Shown here one piece after another: positions 44,261-54,741 of a stretch of 56,138 nucleotides of DNA (positions are counted from its first letter, which is position 1; the number at the start of each line of letters is the position of its first letter). Source of the stretch: a virus (Duplodnaviria > Caudoviricetes); IMG/VR virus record IMGVR_UViG_3300017909_002576, positions 1 through 56,138 of that record, one strand, 5' to 3'. A model generated the notes under the pieces. That model saw nothing but the letters and a program-made list of their open reading frames with translations, did no database searches and was not told the origin of the DNA. The translations under genes were made by a program, and so were the position numbers.

Positions 44261-45567
44261 CTGTTGCTCCTATACATTAAAGTATGTAATTCTGGAAATG
44301 CTTCTTCCATACTTTCATTTCTTTGTTTATCTAACATTGCAGTATATTTTTCAAATACAACTAATTCTTGTCTCCAATTGTCTTTACGATTTTCTTTCAA
44401 TGCTTTTATAGTCGCTTCTATACTTTGTTTATTCTCTGGCCTATTTACAAGAACTTTACTACGTTGTAACCATTGTTCTAATCTACCTGCGGCAACTGAT
44501 CTTACACTTTCTGGACAGTTTCTAAAATCTAAACTGGTAGGATAATCGCAAATTAAGAATGTAACAAACACTTCCCTACCGTATTCTAATTCTAACTCTT
44601 CACAAAAGTCTAATAGTTTTGTAATTGTTAAGATGTTGTAAATCTGAATTACAGGACTAAACAATACTGTTCCTACTACATCACTTGCACAATATGTTCT
44701 TAAGTTTTTTTCAACTCTACTCCAATGGCTTGCACCTCTAATATACTCGTTTTCGTGTCCGTAAGCATCAACACTTATGCACATTAATACATTTTTAAAC
44801 TGCTCTACTAAATTTAAAAAACGTTTTTGTATATTAGTCATATTACTGTTGAACACTAACTCGATATCTTTTGCAATACCCATTTCAACACATTTTTCCA
44901 TAATCCAATAAACACGTTCTATAATTGTGGGTTCACCACCTGTGAAATATAATTTACTAACATTAGGTAACCACTCTTCAACTTGTCGTAAAAATTCAGG
45001 GTCGTCCTCCCAATTAGTTAAGTTATCTACAAATTGTCCCCATGTAAAATTATCTTTTATAAATTGGCCCGCTTCAGGGTCAGCAGTTTCAATTTTTTTA
45101 TATTCTTTTTGTATTTGACTCGAGTTTTGTGGCTGGCACATTCTACACTTTAAGTTACACATATTGCCAAGCCTAAAGTCTAAATACATTGGACTTTCCT
45201 CTACTCTATAATCGTTGTTTATGCTTTTTTCTATAATGTTATGTATCTCTTCACCTCTGCCGCTGTACTCAAACCAATCCCGAATATAGTTTGTTCTATA
45301 ACTCGGAAATCCCATATCTTCTAAATCATAACAATGTTCACAACCTTTTACCACTTCACCTTCAATCATTTGTTTGCGTATATTACGCATATGGTTGCTG
45401 TTCCACACAGTTTCTATTTTGTGTCCGCGATTTAGATCTACCATACTCCCGTCATCATTTTTAAAATTATCACGTGCAACACAACACCAACTCACAGTAC
45501 CAGTTGGTTGTGTCATTACATGTATCCAAGGATACGGACAAAATGTTTTACTATACTCTTTAGTCAT
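44257..45567 (-). CDS. Radical SAM protein with N-terminal Twitch/SPASM-like domain (1)
   Basis: FCPYPW..WCC..GCEHC, CNLKCRMC, TGGEP. Confidence 0.9.
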   Translation of the reverse strand: MTKEYSKTFCPYPWIHVMTQPTGTVSWCCVARDNFKNDDGSMVDLNRGHKIETVWNSNHMRNIRKQMIEGEVVKGCEHCYDLEDMGFPSYRTNYIRDWFEYSGRGEEIHNIIEKSINNDYRVEESPMYLDFRLGNMCNLKCRMCQPQNSSQIQKEYKKIETADPEAGQFIKDNFTWGQFVDNLTNWEDDPEFLRQVEEWLPNVSKLYFTGGEPTIIERVYWIMEKCVEMGIAKDIELVFNSNMTNIQKRFLNLVEQFKNVLMCISVDAYGHENEYIRGASHWSRVEKNLRTYCASDVVGTVLFSPVIQIYNILTITKLLDFCEELELEYGREVFVTFLICDYPTSLDFRNCPESVRSVAAGRLEQWLQRSKVLVNRPENKQSIEATIKALKENRKDNWRQELVVFEKYTAMLDKQRNESMEEAFPELHTLMYRSNS

Positions 45568-46735
45568 ATCTGTAATCTTTTAATAATTCGTGTAGTTCTG
45601 GAAATGTATCTGCAAACTTTTCATTTCTCATTTGATCACTAAATTTAGTCATACCCACAAATGTTTGTAATGCTAACTCCTCATAATGTTCGCCGTTCAT
45701 AAAATCTAATGTGCGTTGTACATAATCTGTGCAAGGTGTATATTTTTTAGTTATATATTCTTTTACTTCCTTAGGTAGCATTTTAGGAGAATTATGTTCA
45801 GGTGTAAATACCATATTATAATGAATAGGTATTTTTAAATCAATAAATTCTCTAATGTATTTAGTGAGGTCATATAAGTTACAAATATTATAAACACTAA
45901 TAGTTTGAAAAATTCCAATTTCAAAATTTCCTGCTGTCTTATTATCTCTTAATGCTAAAAATTTTTGTAAGTTACCAATTACCTCTTCAAAATTTCCTGG
46001 GTGTCTGATGTATTCAAATCTATCATATACATCATCAATACTGAAAAATATTTCTACTACGTTAAAATGTTTCCATAAGTGTATAAATTTTTCTGGGTAT
46101 ATACTGCCGTTAGTGTTGTAACTTAGAGAAATTTTATGTGCTATACCTTTGTCTATACATTTTTCTAATATTTTAAATCCTTTCTCAATTAAAAAAGGTT
46201 CACCCCCAAAAAATTCTAATTTTCTAACATGTTCTAAATGATTATCAATGTCTTCCCAAAAATTATCATTTGTATTTGGCCATGCACCTTTCTTGTTAAC
46301 AAGTTTTTTTAATTCTGCTGTTTCGGGTTCCCATTTTATCTCTTCTGCTACCCATTGACTACTTGCAAAACTACTACATATTCTACACTTACTATTACAA
46401 ATGTTTCCTAATTTTAAATCCATAGATAATGTTGGTAACTTTTTTTGCCCTAAAAAATCTTGCCAATAAACATTTTCTCTTAATCTCTTGCTTTGTATTC
46501 CTGCTTTTTCTTCGTTCCAGCAATTAGCACAGGCGTCTGGTCTTTTACCTGCTTCAAAATCTCGTTGTAATCTTTTCAACCATTTGCTTTTTTTAACGTC
46601 TGATAAAGTATCGCCGTTTGCTAAATTGTATTCTGTTCCATCTTCTTTAAGAGCATGTTCTTGCATTATACAGCATACACTCATAGTACCATCAGTACGA
46701 GCCTCTAAATTTATAAATGGTAAAATACAACTCAT
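45560..46735 (-). CDS. Radical SAM protein with N-terminal Twitch/SPASM-like domain (2)
   Basis: SCILPF..VCC..ACANC, CNSKCRIC, FGGEP. Confidence 0.9.
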   Translation of the reverse strand: MSCILPFINLEARTDGTMSVCCIMQEHALKEDGTEYNLANGDTLSDVKKSKWLKRLQRDFEAGKRPDACANCWNEEKAGIQSKRLRENVYWQDFLGQKKLPTLSMDLKLGNICNSKCRICSSFASSQWVAEEIKWEPETAELKKLVNKKGAWPNTNDNFWEDIDNHLEHVRKLEFFGGEPFLIEKGFKILEKCIDKGIAHKISLSYNTNGSIYPEKFIHLWKHFNVVEIFFSIDDVYDRFEYIRHPGNFEEVIGNLQKFLALRDNKTAGNFEIGIFQTISVYNICNLYDLTKYIREFIDLKIPIHYNMVFTPEHNSPKMLPKEVKEYITKKYTPCTDYVQRTLDFMNGEHYEELALQTFVGMTKFSDQMRNEKFADTFPELHELLKDYRYD

Positions 46736-47955
46736 ATGCCTACTAACTCTGGATAAACATCATCAAAGTTTTCCTCTCTCAACTTGTCAAACTCAACATT
46801 AAATGCTTTAAATTCATCGAGTAAGTGTGTATGGTCATCATCTAAAAATTTTATAGCACTATTATAACCTTCTGTTGCTCTACCTATGTGATCCAAAGGT
46901 TCTAACCAACGTAAATGTTTATTCCATTTTGCTTTTATTTCTGCTTTTAAACTTTGAGGTAGCACACTCATTCTAAAACGTGGATTGTTAAGTAAAACAT
47001 TAACATACCAGTCTCCTGGTTTTATATATCCTGCTTCTACCCAGTTTCTATGAAAGTCAGTAATATGCCAGGCGTTATAGGCACTTACTGTTGCACTTAT
47101 ATAAAAGTCAACTTCAGGAGATTTTTCTCTTAATTGTTTTATATTGTCTACAACATCTTGCCATACTGTGCCTTTACGTTGATATTCTCCACGTTTTCCT
47201 TCTGCATCTAAACTGGCACCTACACTTATATTATCAAAGTTTTTCCATAAGTCTAATACACTTTGTCCTTTATATTCTAATGTTGTAAAGTTTGTATTAT
47301 AAAAAATTCGTATATCAGTTTTGCCCATTTCAACGAGCCTATTCATTATACCCCAATGCTCGTCCATTAAAATAGGCTCGCCTCCTGCCCAGTATATTTG
47401 TTCTATGTGTTCTAACATAGGATCAAATTCTTCCATAAAGTTATCTACATCTTTACGAATTTGTATAATTCTTTCTGTGGGACTTACATTAAATGTACTT
47501 GCTTTTGCATCAGCATACCAATTACTACTAAGTTCAGGTCCGCAATATCTACAACGTAAATTACACACATTACTAAAGCGAAAATCTAAGTAAACAATAT
47601 GTAAATCATCTAAACTTCCATCTGGGTTTGTGTTAGTAACTTTGTCCCAATGTTTTGCTAACCAGTCTTTATTACTTCTTGTACGCAAACTGTCATGTCC
47701 ATAGTTTTCTTTTTCATAACAACGTACACATTCTTTACATTTTTTACCGTTTAGCATATTCAAACGTATTTCTTTCATACGTTTACTATTCCAAACTTCC
47801 TGCAGACTGTTTTCTCGCAAGTCACCTATATTATGTTCCCATGGAGAGTCACAACACAACATTGTTTTACCGTTAGGCCATGGGTGCATATGAATCCATG
47901 GTAGGATACACATTACATCATTATCGTGATCTTCAATATTTGTGCTGAATTCCAT
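46732..47955 (-). CDS. Radical SAM protein with N-terminal Twitch/SPASM-like domain (3)
   Basis: MCILPW..LCC..ECVRC, CNLRCRYC, AGGEP. Confidence 0.9.
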   Translation of the reverse strand: MEFSTNIEDHDNDVMCILPWIHMHPWPNGKTMLCCDSPWEHNIGDLRENSLQEVWNSKRMKEIRLNMLNGKKCKECVRCYEKENYGHDSLRTRSNKDWLAKHWDKVTNTNPDGSLDDLHIVYLDFRFSNVCNLRCRYCGPELSSNWYADAKASTFNVSPTERIIQIRKDVDNFMEEFDPMLEHIEQIYWAGGEPILMDEHWGIMNRLVEMGKTDIRIFYNTNFTTLEYKGQSVLDLWKNFDNISVGASLDAEGKRGEYQRKGTVWQDVVDNIKQLREKSPEVDFYISATVSAYNAWHITDFHRNWVEAGYIKPGDWYVNVLLNNPRFRMSVLPQSLKAEIKAKWNKHLRWLEPLDHIGRATEGYNSAIKFLDDDHTHLLDEFKAFNVEFDKLREENFDDVYPELVGI

Positions 47956-49171
47956 TAATCTCACACACAGAAATTAGTTCAGGAAATATTGCTCTCCAAC
48001 CGCTTTCGTGTCCTCTTATTTTATCTAACTCATCGTTATACCTACAAAAATGTTCCCATTTAACTTCGTCCCAGTCGTCATTGTCAAACATACTTAGTAA
48101 TGTACCGAGTTCATATCTGTTACCTAACGTTTTTCTAAACTTATCGTGTGCCATGCGTCTCACGACGGGTGGCAAGATTGCAGGCGATAGGTAATCTGGA
48201 TCATATACAAAGTTCATATCAACTGGACAAGGTGCCCAGTTTAAAAAGTCGTCTACATAAATATAATTATATGCACTTACAGTTTGTGTAATTCTTGTAG
48301 TAAGCACATCTTCTTTTAAAAGTATATCTAAATTTTTTGTTACATCTAACCATTGTGTTGGATATCTTATGTAATAATTTCTGGTATCTAAACAATCAAT
48401 ACTTGGACATACTCTTGTTTCTTTGAATTCTTTCCACAACGGAATTGCTTCTTCGGGCAAATTAGTCATATTAATATTGTACCATAGCACAATATTTTTA
48501 CTTCTGCCACTTGATACTAACTTATCTAAAAACTTCCAATGTGCTTTTATAAGGGTCGGCTCGCCACCATTAATATACAAAACTTCCATGTTAGGTGCAC
48601 ACTCAAATAAATCCTCGTAAAAGGATTCATCTTCCGGCCATTGAAAGTCATGTTTGTGGTCGAGCCAACTGTATCCATCGTTGACAAAATCTAACGAGTC
48701 AACAATTTGTTTATAATCTTTAACCCACCTTGAACTACTTGCTGGATTACAAGTGCGACAGCGGATATTACATACGTTACCAAGACGCAACTCGACAAAA
48801 CGAAGATCCAGAGGTATGCTACCATCCTCACCTGTAAGTCTGGATGCGTAACTGGTGTCAAAGTCCGAATAAATCTTGGACTCAAATTGTCTTTTGCTCT
48901 CGACTCCCTTTCTTTCTTCCTCGTAGCATCGAGTACATGCTTTAGGCTCCACATCATTTAACATCTCCAATCTAATCTGCTTAAAGTAATCACTGTTCAT
49001 ATGTGTATCTATGTTGTGATCATTTAAATTAAAAAATTTATCTCCCTCATCAGTAAAATTTCTTGCTCTATTTTTACCTGCAGTCATGTCGGAAATACAA
49101 CAAGGTGTAACACCTCCATGAGGGTGTGTGCCTAAATGCATCCAAGGTAATGGGCAAAACGTTTTACTCAT
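47933..49171 (-). CDS. Radical SAM protein with N-terminal Twitch/SPASM-like domain (4)
   Basis: FCPLPW..PCC..ACTRC, CNIRCRTC, NGGEP. Confidence 0.9.
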   Translation of the reverse strand: MSKTFCPLPWMHLGTHPHGGVTPCCISDMTAGKNRARNFTDEGDKFFNLNDHNIDTHMNSDYFKQIRLEMLNDVEPKACTRCYEEERKGVESKRQFESKIYSDFDTSYASRLTGEDGSIPLDLRFVELRLGNVCNIRCRTCNPASSSRWVKDYKQIVDSLDFVNDGYSWLDHKHDFQWPEDESFYEDLFECAPNMEVLYINGGEPTLIKAHWKFLDKLVSSGRSKNIVLWYNINMTNLPEEAIPLWKEFKETRVCPSIDCLDTRNYYIRYPTQWLDVTKNLDILLKEDVLTTRITQTVSAYNYIYVDDFLNWAPCPVDMNFVYDPDYLSPAILPPVVRRMAHDKFRKTLGNRYELGTLLSMFDNDDWDEVKWEHFCRYNDELDKIRGHESGWRAIFPELISVCEINGIQHKY

Positions 49172-50490
49172 ATTACACTCCCTTTTTCTAAAGTACCATA
49201 ATTTGGATTTACTTTTGCTTCTTTTAGTTCTCCATCATAATAAAATACTTTATGATTTTTTAACACAGTAAATAATTCAGGAAAACTTTCTCTAAAGTTT
49301 TCTTTCCTATATAAATCACCTGCAACGGTCTGTGATATAAACAAACTCCACCGCCATGCTATTTCATTTTCTACAGTATCATTTATGCCTGTACCGTAAG
49401 GGACAACTGTTTCTGTTCTTGGAGTAAGTACATGTTTAATTATACCAGCAATATCGTCTCTATATTCTTCCCTAAATTGCTCTAAGTTTTGTAATGGTTT
49501 TACAATCTCTTCCTTACATTCTTCTGGAAAAATATTAGGATTATACCAAGTTGGAAAGTTAGCCATGTTGTGAAAAATTTTAAACTTAGGCCAACGTTCT
49601 GCAAAAATTTTATGAAACTCTGCAAGATACATTACGTTTAAACTTGATACTGTATGTGTAACACCAATTGCAATAGCAGGTAATAAACTGTGAAAGTAAT
49701 CTAAATTTTCGCAAACTTCTTTCCAAACAGCACCATGTCTTAGATATTCAAATCTTTTAGCCACTGCACCATCTATACTTATATTAAAACCAACACTTGC
49801 AAAGTTATCAATCATTTTTTGTAAAAAATCTTTGTTTAGTGTAGTTCCATTTGTGCTTAAATTAACATGTACATTTTTAGCAATGTCGTCATCGATTAAT
49901 TTGTTAGCAAATACTTTGAACTCTTTCATGTAAAAAGGTTCACCTCCCATTATTTCTAAGTATTTTGCATGTGGTAGCCAGTCATCAATTTCTGTCCAAA
50001 ATTTACTGTTGTTTACATCATCAAAATTTATTTTAACTTTTTCTTTGACATAAGGCATTCTTCTCTCTTCGGCTTCTTTTACCCATTTGCTACTGTAATT
50101 TGGATTGCATGTTCTACATTTTAAATTACATGTTGTACTTAAAATAATTTGCAAATCCTCAGGCATATCTGGTTCTTCTGCGTAGTCTATGTCTGGATAT
50201 CTATAATCTGCATATTCATTGTATATTTGTCTTTTAGACTTTACACCATTGCGTTCGTCTCTCCAACAAGGTTCACAATTAGAAGGCATTTTACCTTCTC
50301 TTATTTCTTGCCTAATGTTTTTATAATAATCACTGTGAAAAACATCACGTATAGATGTTTCGCCTAAAGTATATTCCTTACCATCTGAATCGGTAACTCT
50401 ATCTCTTGCTATGCAACATGTTCTAACATGTCCAAACGGTTCGTTCGAGATGTGTTTCCATAGTAAGGAACAATACTTAGGTTTACTCAT
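49168..50490 (-). CDS. Radical SAM protein with N-terminal Twitch/SPASM-like domain (5)
   Basis: YCSLLW..TCC..NCEPC, CNLKCRTC, MGGEP. Confidence 0.9.
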   Translation of the reverse strand: MSKPKYCSLLWKHISNEPFGHVRTCCIARDRVTDSDGKEYTLGETSIRDVFHSDYYKNIRQEIREGKMPSNCEPCWRDERNGVKSKRQIYNEYADYRYPDIDYAEEPDMPEDLQIILSTTCNLKCRTCNPNYSSKWVKEAEERRMPYVKEKVKINFDDVNNSKFWTEIDDWLPHAKYLEIMGGEPFYMKEFKVFANKLIDDDIAKNVHVNLSTNGTTLNKDFLQKMIDNFASVGFNISIDGAVAKRFEYLRHGAVWKEVCENLDYFHSLLPAIAIGVTHTVSSLNVMYLAEFHKIFAERWPKFKIFHNMANFPTWYNPNIFPEECKEEIVKPLQNLEQFREEYRDDIAGIIKHVLTPRTETVVPYGTGINDTVENEIAWRWSLFISQTVAGDLYRKENFRESFPELFTVLKNHKVFYYDGELKEAKVNPNYGTLEKGSVI

Positions 50491-51812
50491 TATTTTGCTC
50501 GAGTATTACCGTAATGAACTACTTTAACACCTTCTATATCTGGAGTTTTTCTCCATGGATCAACTACAATACTACCTGGTGCAAAATTTAATTCTGTACC
50601 ATTGCCTGTTGATACTAAAGCATCGTCACAGTCTGTAACTTTATGGTCACCGTACCAGCCTGGTACAGTATCTAATTGATCGCCATAAGTGATTCCTGGA
50701 TTATGTGCAAGTAGATATACAGCAGGTTTGTTTAATATTTCTTGAGGTGGCATATCGCCTGTTTTCTCATCATAATAGTATAACTCGTGACCAGCATGTT
50801 CTACATAATGTCCAACTAACATACTTGCCGAGCCGGCTTCATATTCTACTAATGGCTTATAAGCCTTACCAACAATAATAATAGGCAATCCGTTAATGTG
50901 AGTGCTTGTTGTTGGATGGTAATCGCTCTCAGATAAATCTATTAATCTGTGTGCCATATTTTTTGCTTGTACTTCTCTGGAAAGCATCACAGCATCAAAT
51001 AAGTCATAACCAAGGTCTAATTCTTCTGCCATCCAACGTAAGGCAATATTATCTCTTGGGTGACAAGCACCACCATCGCCCATACCTGGCTTCATATAAC
51101 CTGGTCCCATAATACGTCTGTCACTTTGTGCAAGGGCATCACACACAACTTCTGCATTAATGTTACCTTGCTTTTCTGCTACGTCTTGTATCATGTTTAC
51201 CAAACTTACTTTTGCTGATATAAATGTATTGTAGAATACTTTAATACATTCTGTTTCGTCCCAAGTGCCTATAATGTATCTTGGTTCGTTCTGCATGATC
51301 GTTTTATAAAAGTCAACAAGTTCTTTTGCATCACCTGTTTCACTTCCGTCTTCTGTTCCTATCATTACCATTTCTGGATTAACCATATCCCACTTTACTG
51401 TACCCATAGCAATAAGATATGGATTGTAAACGAATCTGGCATTTGGAATTAAATCAATAAATTCTCGTCTGGTTGTACCAGGCAAGACTGTTGATATAAG
51501 GACTACTAATTGGTCTTTTGTTGCAACCGCATTTACTTCACTAAGTACTTGCTTGACCAATGTATAGTCAAAGTCCTTATTAGGTAAATGGCTGGTTGGT
51601 GCTTTTCCATCATACTGTGGGTCATGTGGAGTAGGTACTGCAATAAAAACTATATCTCTGTCTTTAACTGCACCTTCCAATGTGTCGCTCATTGTAAAGT
51701 TTTCAGGCTCTACAGGATTAACATCATACCCAACAACATCATGTACTTCAGCGACCATCTCGGCACAGGCTTGTCCTAACTTACCTACACCGATAAATCC
51801 GACTGAGGCCAT
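50490..51812 (-). CDS. ugd: UDP-glucose/GDP-mannose 6-dehydrogenase family
   Basis: GVGKLG, AVPTP, STVLPGTT, IKVFYNTF, GGACHPRD (catalytic Cys), GKAYKP, DPW. Confidence 0.85.
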   Translation of the reverse strand: MASVGFIGVGKLGQACAEMVAEVHDVVGYDVNPVEPENFTMSDTLEGAVKDRDIVFIAVPTPHDPQYDGKAPTSHLPNKDFDYTLVKQVLSEVNAVATKDQLVVLISTVLPGTTRREFIDLIPNARFVYNPYLIAMGTVKWDMVNPEMVMIGTEDGSETGDAKELVDFYKTIMQNEPRYIIGTWDETECIKVFYNTFISAKVSLVNMIQDVAEKQGNINAEVVCDALAQSDRRIMGPGYMKPGMGDGGACHPRDNIALRWMAEELDLGYDLFDAVMLSREVQAKNMAHRLIDLSESDYHPTTSTHINGLPIIIVGKAYKPLVEYEAGSASMLVGHYVEHAGHELYYYDEKTGDMPPQEILNKPAVYLLAHNPGITYGDQLDTVPGWYGDHKVTDCDDALVSTGNGTELNFAPGSIVVDPWRKTPDIEGVKVVHYGNTRAK

Positions 51813-51852
51813 CTTTATCTCCTGTGTTGTTATGTAGTATTAACTACAGTTA

Positions 51853-51860
51853 TATTTATC
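51853..51860 (-). promoter_or_regulatory. Putative late promoter for the ugd-radical SAM operon
   Basis: GATAAATA on the minus strand, about 40 nt upstream of ugd; AGGAG RBS at about 51820. Confidence 0.55.
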
Positions 51861-52572
51861 AGAGTAGTTTTTGGTATCTTTGAATTTCAGATTCCAGATA
51901 TCTTTCTATGTAAAAGTAAATATTTGTATTTTTTAAACACTCTTCTATTTTGCTTTTTATTATAGAATCGCTTACATTTGCTGTGCTTCTCTTGAGACCG
52001 AGATCTGACATGTATGCATTTAGTTGCTTTGAATCTACTATAATTGCGTTATCGTAGATTTCTGCTTCATATAGCCAATTTCTTGTATGATAATTATAGT
52101 GTAATGCAAAGTCTGAAGGGTAAGGGAAATCTTTATCCCAATCCCAAGTTTTTTGTTTTTTGAATTCAGATAGATAATACAATCTATCTAACTGTTTAGT
52201 TAAAGTTTTATTATCTAAATTTTTAATTAATTTGTTATAATCTTCTGCTGTATATAAAATTGATAAAGAGTCTTGTAGTATTTCTAAAATACCGCTTACA
52301 TACCTTTGCCAAGGATCTCTAATAATAAAGATAGGTTGATAATTTCTATCAGAAACTAACATGTCTAATGCTATTAATTGATCAACGTAATGTTTCTCCC
52401 AGCCATGCACACCTTGTTCAGGTATGTCGTACAGTTCGTTCATAAATTGTGCGTCCATTTCGCCTACGCAATACCAATTAGGTAAATTTTCTACTGACTG
52501 TTGAAAACTTGTAGTGCCAGTTTTGCCTAAACTGTAAACTGCAAGATTATTTTGTGTATCAACTGCTAACAT
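51859..52572 (-). CDS. Sulfotransferase-like protein
   Basis: KTGTTS (5'-PSB-like) and IIRDPWQRYVSG (3'-PB-like) motifs. Confidence 0.6.
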   Translation of the reverse strand: MLAVDTQNNLAVYSLGKTGTTSFQQSVENLPNWYCVGEMDAQFMNELYDIPEQGVHGWEKHYVDQLIALDMLVSDRNYQPIFIIRDPWQRYVSGILEILQDSLSILYTAEDYNKLIKNLDNKTLTKQLDRLYYLSEFKKQKTWDWDKDFPYPSDFALHYNYHTRNWLYEAEIYDNAIIVDSKQLNAYMSDLGLKRSTANVSDSIIKSKIEECLKNTNIYFYIERYLESEIQRYQKLL

Positions 52573-53975
52573 TATCTTTGATTATCTTTGAAATCCGTTC
52601 TCATCCACCAGTCATATAATTCGTTGTCTAATTTGTAAACATCTTCTATAGTAGTTGCTTCATCTGGTCTCATTTCTGCTATACGTCTTTGCCATTTTCT
52701 GCCTTTGAAGAAACTATCCTCATGCTCTTCAGGCCATTGCTCCTCAAATGTAGGTACAGTTAACATATTTTCTAATTCTCTTATTAATGTTTCCTGTTTT
52801 TGTGTTGCACGTGGACGTATATAATCTAAATTTTCATTTATAATTCTATCTAAAATATGTCTTGGCCAGGCCATAGGACTAAACACTATGTCACTGTGAA
52901 AAGCAAACATACGTTTTGTTTCAATTTTTACATCTAACTCTAATGCGTAATCAAAGAAGTTTTTGAGATCAAACATGCCAGGTCCTGTTAATGTTAAGTC
53001 CATTAACATTTTATCATTACCACCAGGTAGTGCTACACCCTCTCTGAAGTTTTTGTCCCACTCGTCCCATTTAAGTCCTGTACGAATAAATTCTCCTATC
53101 CAACCTGTTGCATCTATACTTGCACACATTGTCCAGTCTTTTGCCTGTGGTAACCAGTCATACAAATAATGTTTGCCTAAACGTACACGACTTAAATTAC
53201 TATTATAACGTAAGTGTACAAGTTTTAGTGTATCATCTTGTGCTAACCTATCCATTGCTCGCCAATGTATATCATACATAAGTGGTTCACCACCTACCCA
53301 ATATAATTCTTCAACTGTACCTGAGCATATATACTCCCAAAATTCTTCTTCAACTACCTCTTTTTGAAATTTGTCAATTATCTTTTTATTCTCTGGAACC
53401 ATGAACGGCTGGTTCTCAGGCGACCATTGATTATGCTTTCTCTTTTCCGCCTCCCAACTTGAACTGAGCGGCTCGCCACACATACGGCATTTAAAATTGC
53501 ATAAATTACTAACCCTATAATCAAAAGAGATAGGCTCCATTGTAGTGTATCCATTTTCGTCTGTCTCCTCAAAACATTTATCTATTTTATCTTCAAACAA
53601 GTAGCCTGTAAACCATTGTCTATATGTACTTTGACTTAGTACACTATCATTACAAACATTACATTGTGGTATTTCCTCACCTGCCATTAGTTTTTTTCTA
53701 ATGTCCATCATGTATTCGCTATTCCAATGCTCCTTTAATGTAACTGGTTTATAATCTGCAATAGTTCCTACAGGCCTAAACATACCTGTACTTTCATCAT
53801 TACTGGCATCTATGTATTGTTTTTGCATCATGTGATCTTCGCGGGAGGCACAGCACATACGTCTTTCACTTTGTGGACTTATATAGGTATGTGTCCAGGG
53901 TGCTGTACAAAACACCTTGTTAGGTGAGTCTGGACTCATTTGGCCATGTTGCCATTTAGGTTTTATTTTAGCCAT
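52572..53975 (-). CDS. Radical SAM protein with N-terminal Twitch/SPASM-like domain (6)
   Basis: FCTAPW..MCC..QCNVC, CNFKCRMC, VGGEP. Confidence 0.9.
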   Translation of the reverse strand: MAKIKPKWQHGQMSPDSPNKVFCTAPWTHTYISPQSERRMCCASREDHMMQKQYIDASNDESTGMFRPVGTIADYKPVTLKEHWNSEYMMDIRKKLMAGEEIPQCNVCNDSVLSQSTYRQWFTGYLFEDKIDKCFEETDENGYTTMEPISFDYRVSNLCNFKCRMCGEPLSSSWEAEKRKHNQWSPENQPFMVPENKKIIDKFQKEVVEEEFWEYICSGTVEELYWVGGEPLMYDIHWRAMDRLAQDDTLKLVHLRYNSNLSRVRLGKHYLYDWLPQAKDWTMCASIDATGWIGEFIRTGLKWDEWDKNFREGVALPGGNDKMLMDLTLTGPGMFDLKNFFDYALELDVKIETKRMFAFHSDIVFSPMAWPRHILDRIINENLDYIRPRATQKQETLIRELENMLTVPTFEEQWPEEHEDSFFKGRKWQRRIAEMRPDEATTIEDVYKLDNELYDWWMRTDFKDNQR

Positions 53976-54741
53976 TAGCAATCTCTAATTGATTCATGTT
54001 TACAAAAAAGTCATAGAATTTTTCTGGACTTAGGATTGCACCTTCTGAATCGTTATCCCCTAAATATTTTTCTACATAGTGTACATTTTTAAAAACAACT
54101 GCACAATCTGGAAATACATCTGGTGTTCTACCTTCGTACCCTAAATAAAAATCTTTTTGAATCATACTTTTATAATCATCAATTGCACTTAAATTTATTT
54201 CTTCAATTTCACACGGTAGTTTGTTGCCTGCATGATAAAGTGTAAGACGTTTTCTTCTTTTTGTGTCAGTAAGATAATAATCAAAAATTTGTTTAATATA
54301 TTGCTTACATGTATTACAATTACCGCCATACATAATATTTTGAAAATTTTCTATAGCAAACTTAACAACTTCCCAATCTTTTCTTGAATCCCAATGTACT
54401 TTTACATTTCGGCATGCAGTATTTTCTTTAACCCATTCACCTGCTTGAGAATCTGTAATACACCATATCAATGGAATCCCTATTTGTTCTACTAAATCAT
54501 TAATTTTTCTTGCATTTAATTCATCTATTTCGCTTTTTTCTGCAACTTCAAGATAAGGTAAATGGCCCCACTTACTTTGTATGCTTAAATATTTTTTGTT
54601 TTCAGGTATTACTAAATGAGGTGTTGATTTAGTTAATACTACTGCATCAGCATTACATTGCGCCGCGGCAACTATTCGTTTTTTAATTACTTCAAAGTCG
54701 TTTTCGTGACCAACACCAATATTAGCATACAATTTAATCAT
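53968..54741 (-). CDS. Degenerate NeuB/PseI (nonulosonate synthase)-like protein
   Basis: ANIGVGHEND....I.AA..CNADAV, EEINL..I, LGYEGR, YVEKYL. These track the NeuB motifs AEIGxNHNG, ADAVKFQ, GYSDH and IEKH, with substitutions. Confidence 0.6.
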   Translation of the reverse strand: MIKLYANIGVGHENDFEVIKKRIVAAAQCNADAVVLTKSTPHLVIPENKKYLSIQSKWGHLPYLEVAEKSEIDELNARKINDLVEQIGIPLIWCITDSQAGEWVKENTACRNVKVHWDSRKDWEVVKFAIENFQNIMYGGNCNTCKQYIKQIFDYYLTDTKRRKRLTLYHAGNKLPCEIEEINLSAIDDYKSMIQKDFYLGYEGRTPDVFPDCAVVFKNVHYVEKYLGDNDSEGAILSPEKFYDFFVNMNQLEIANG

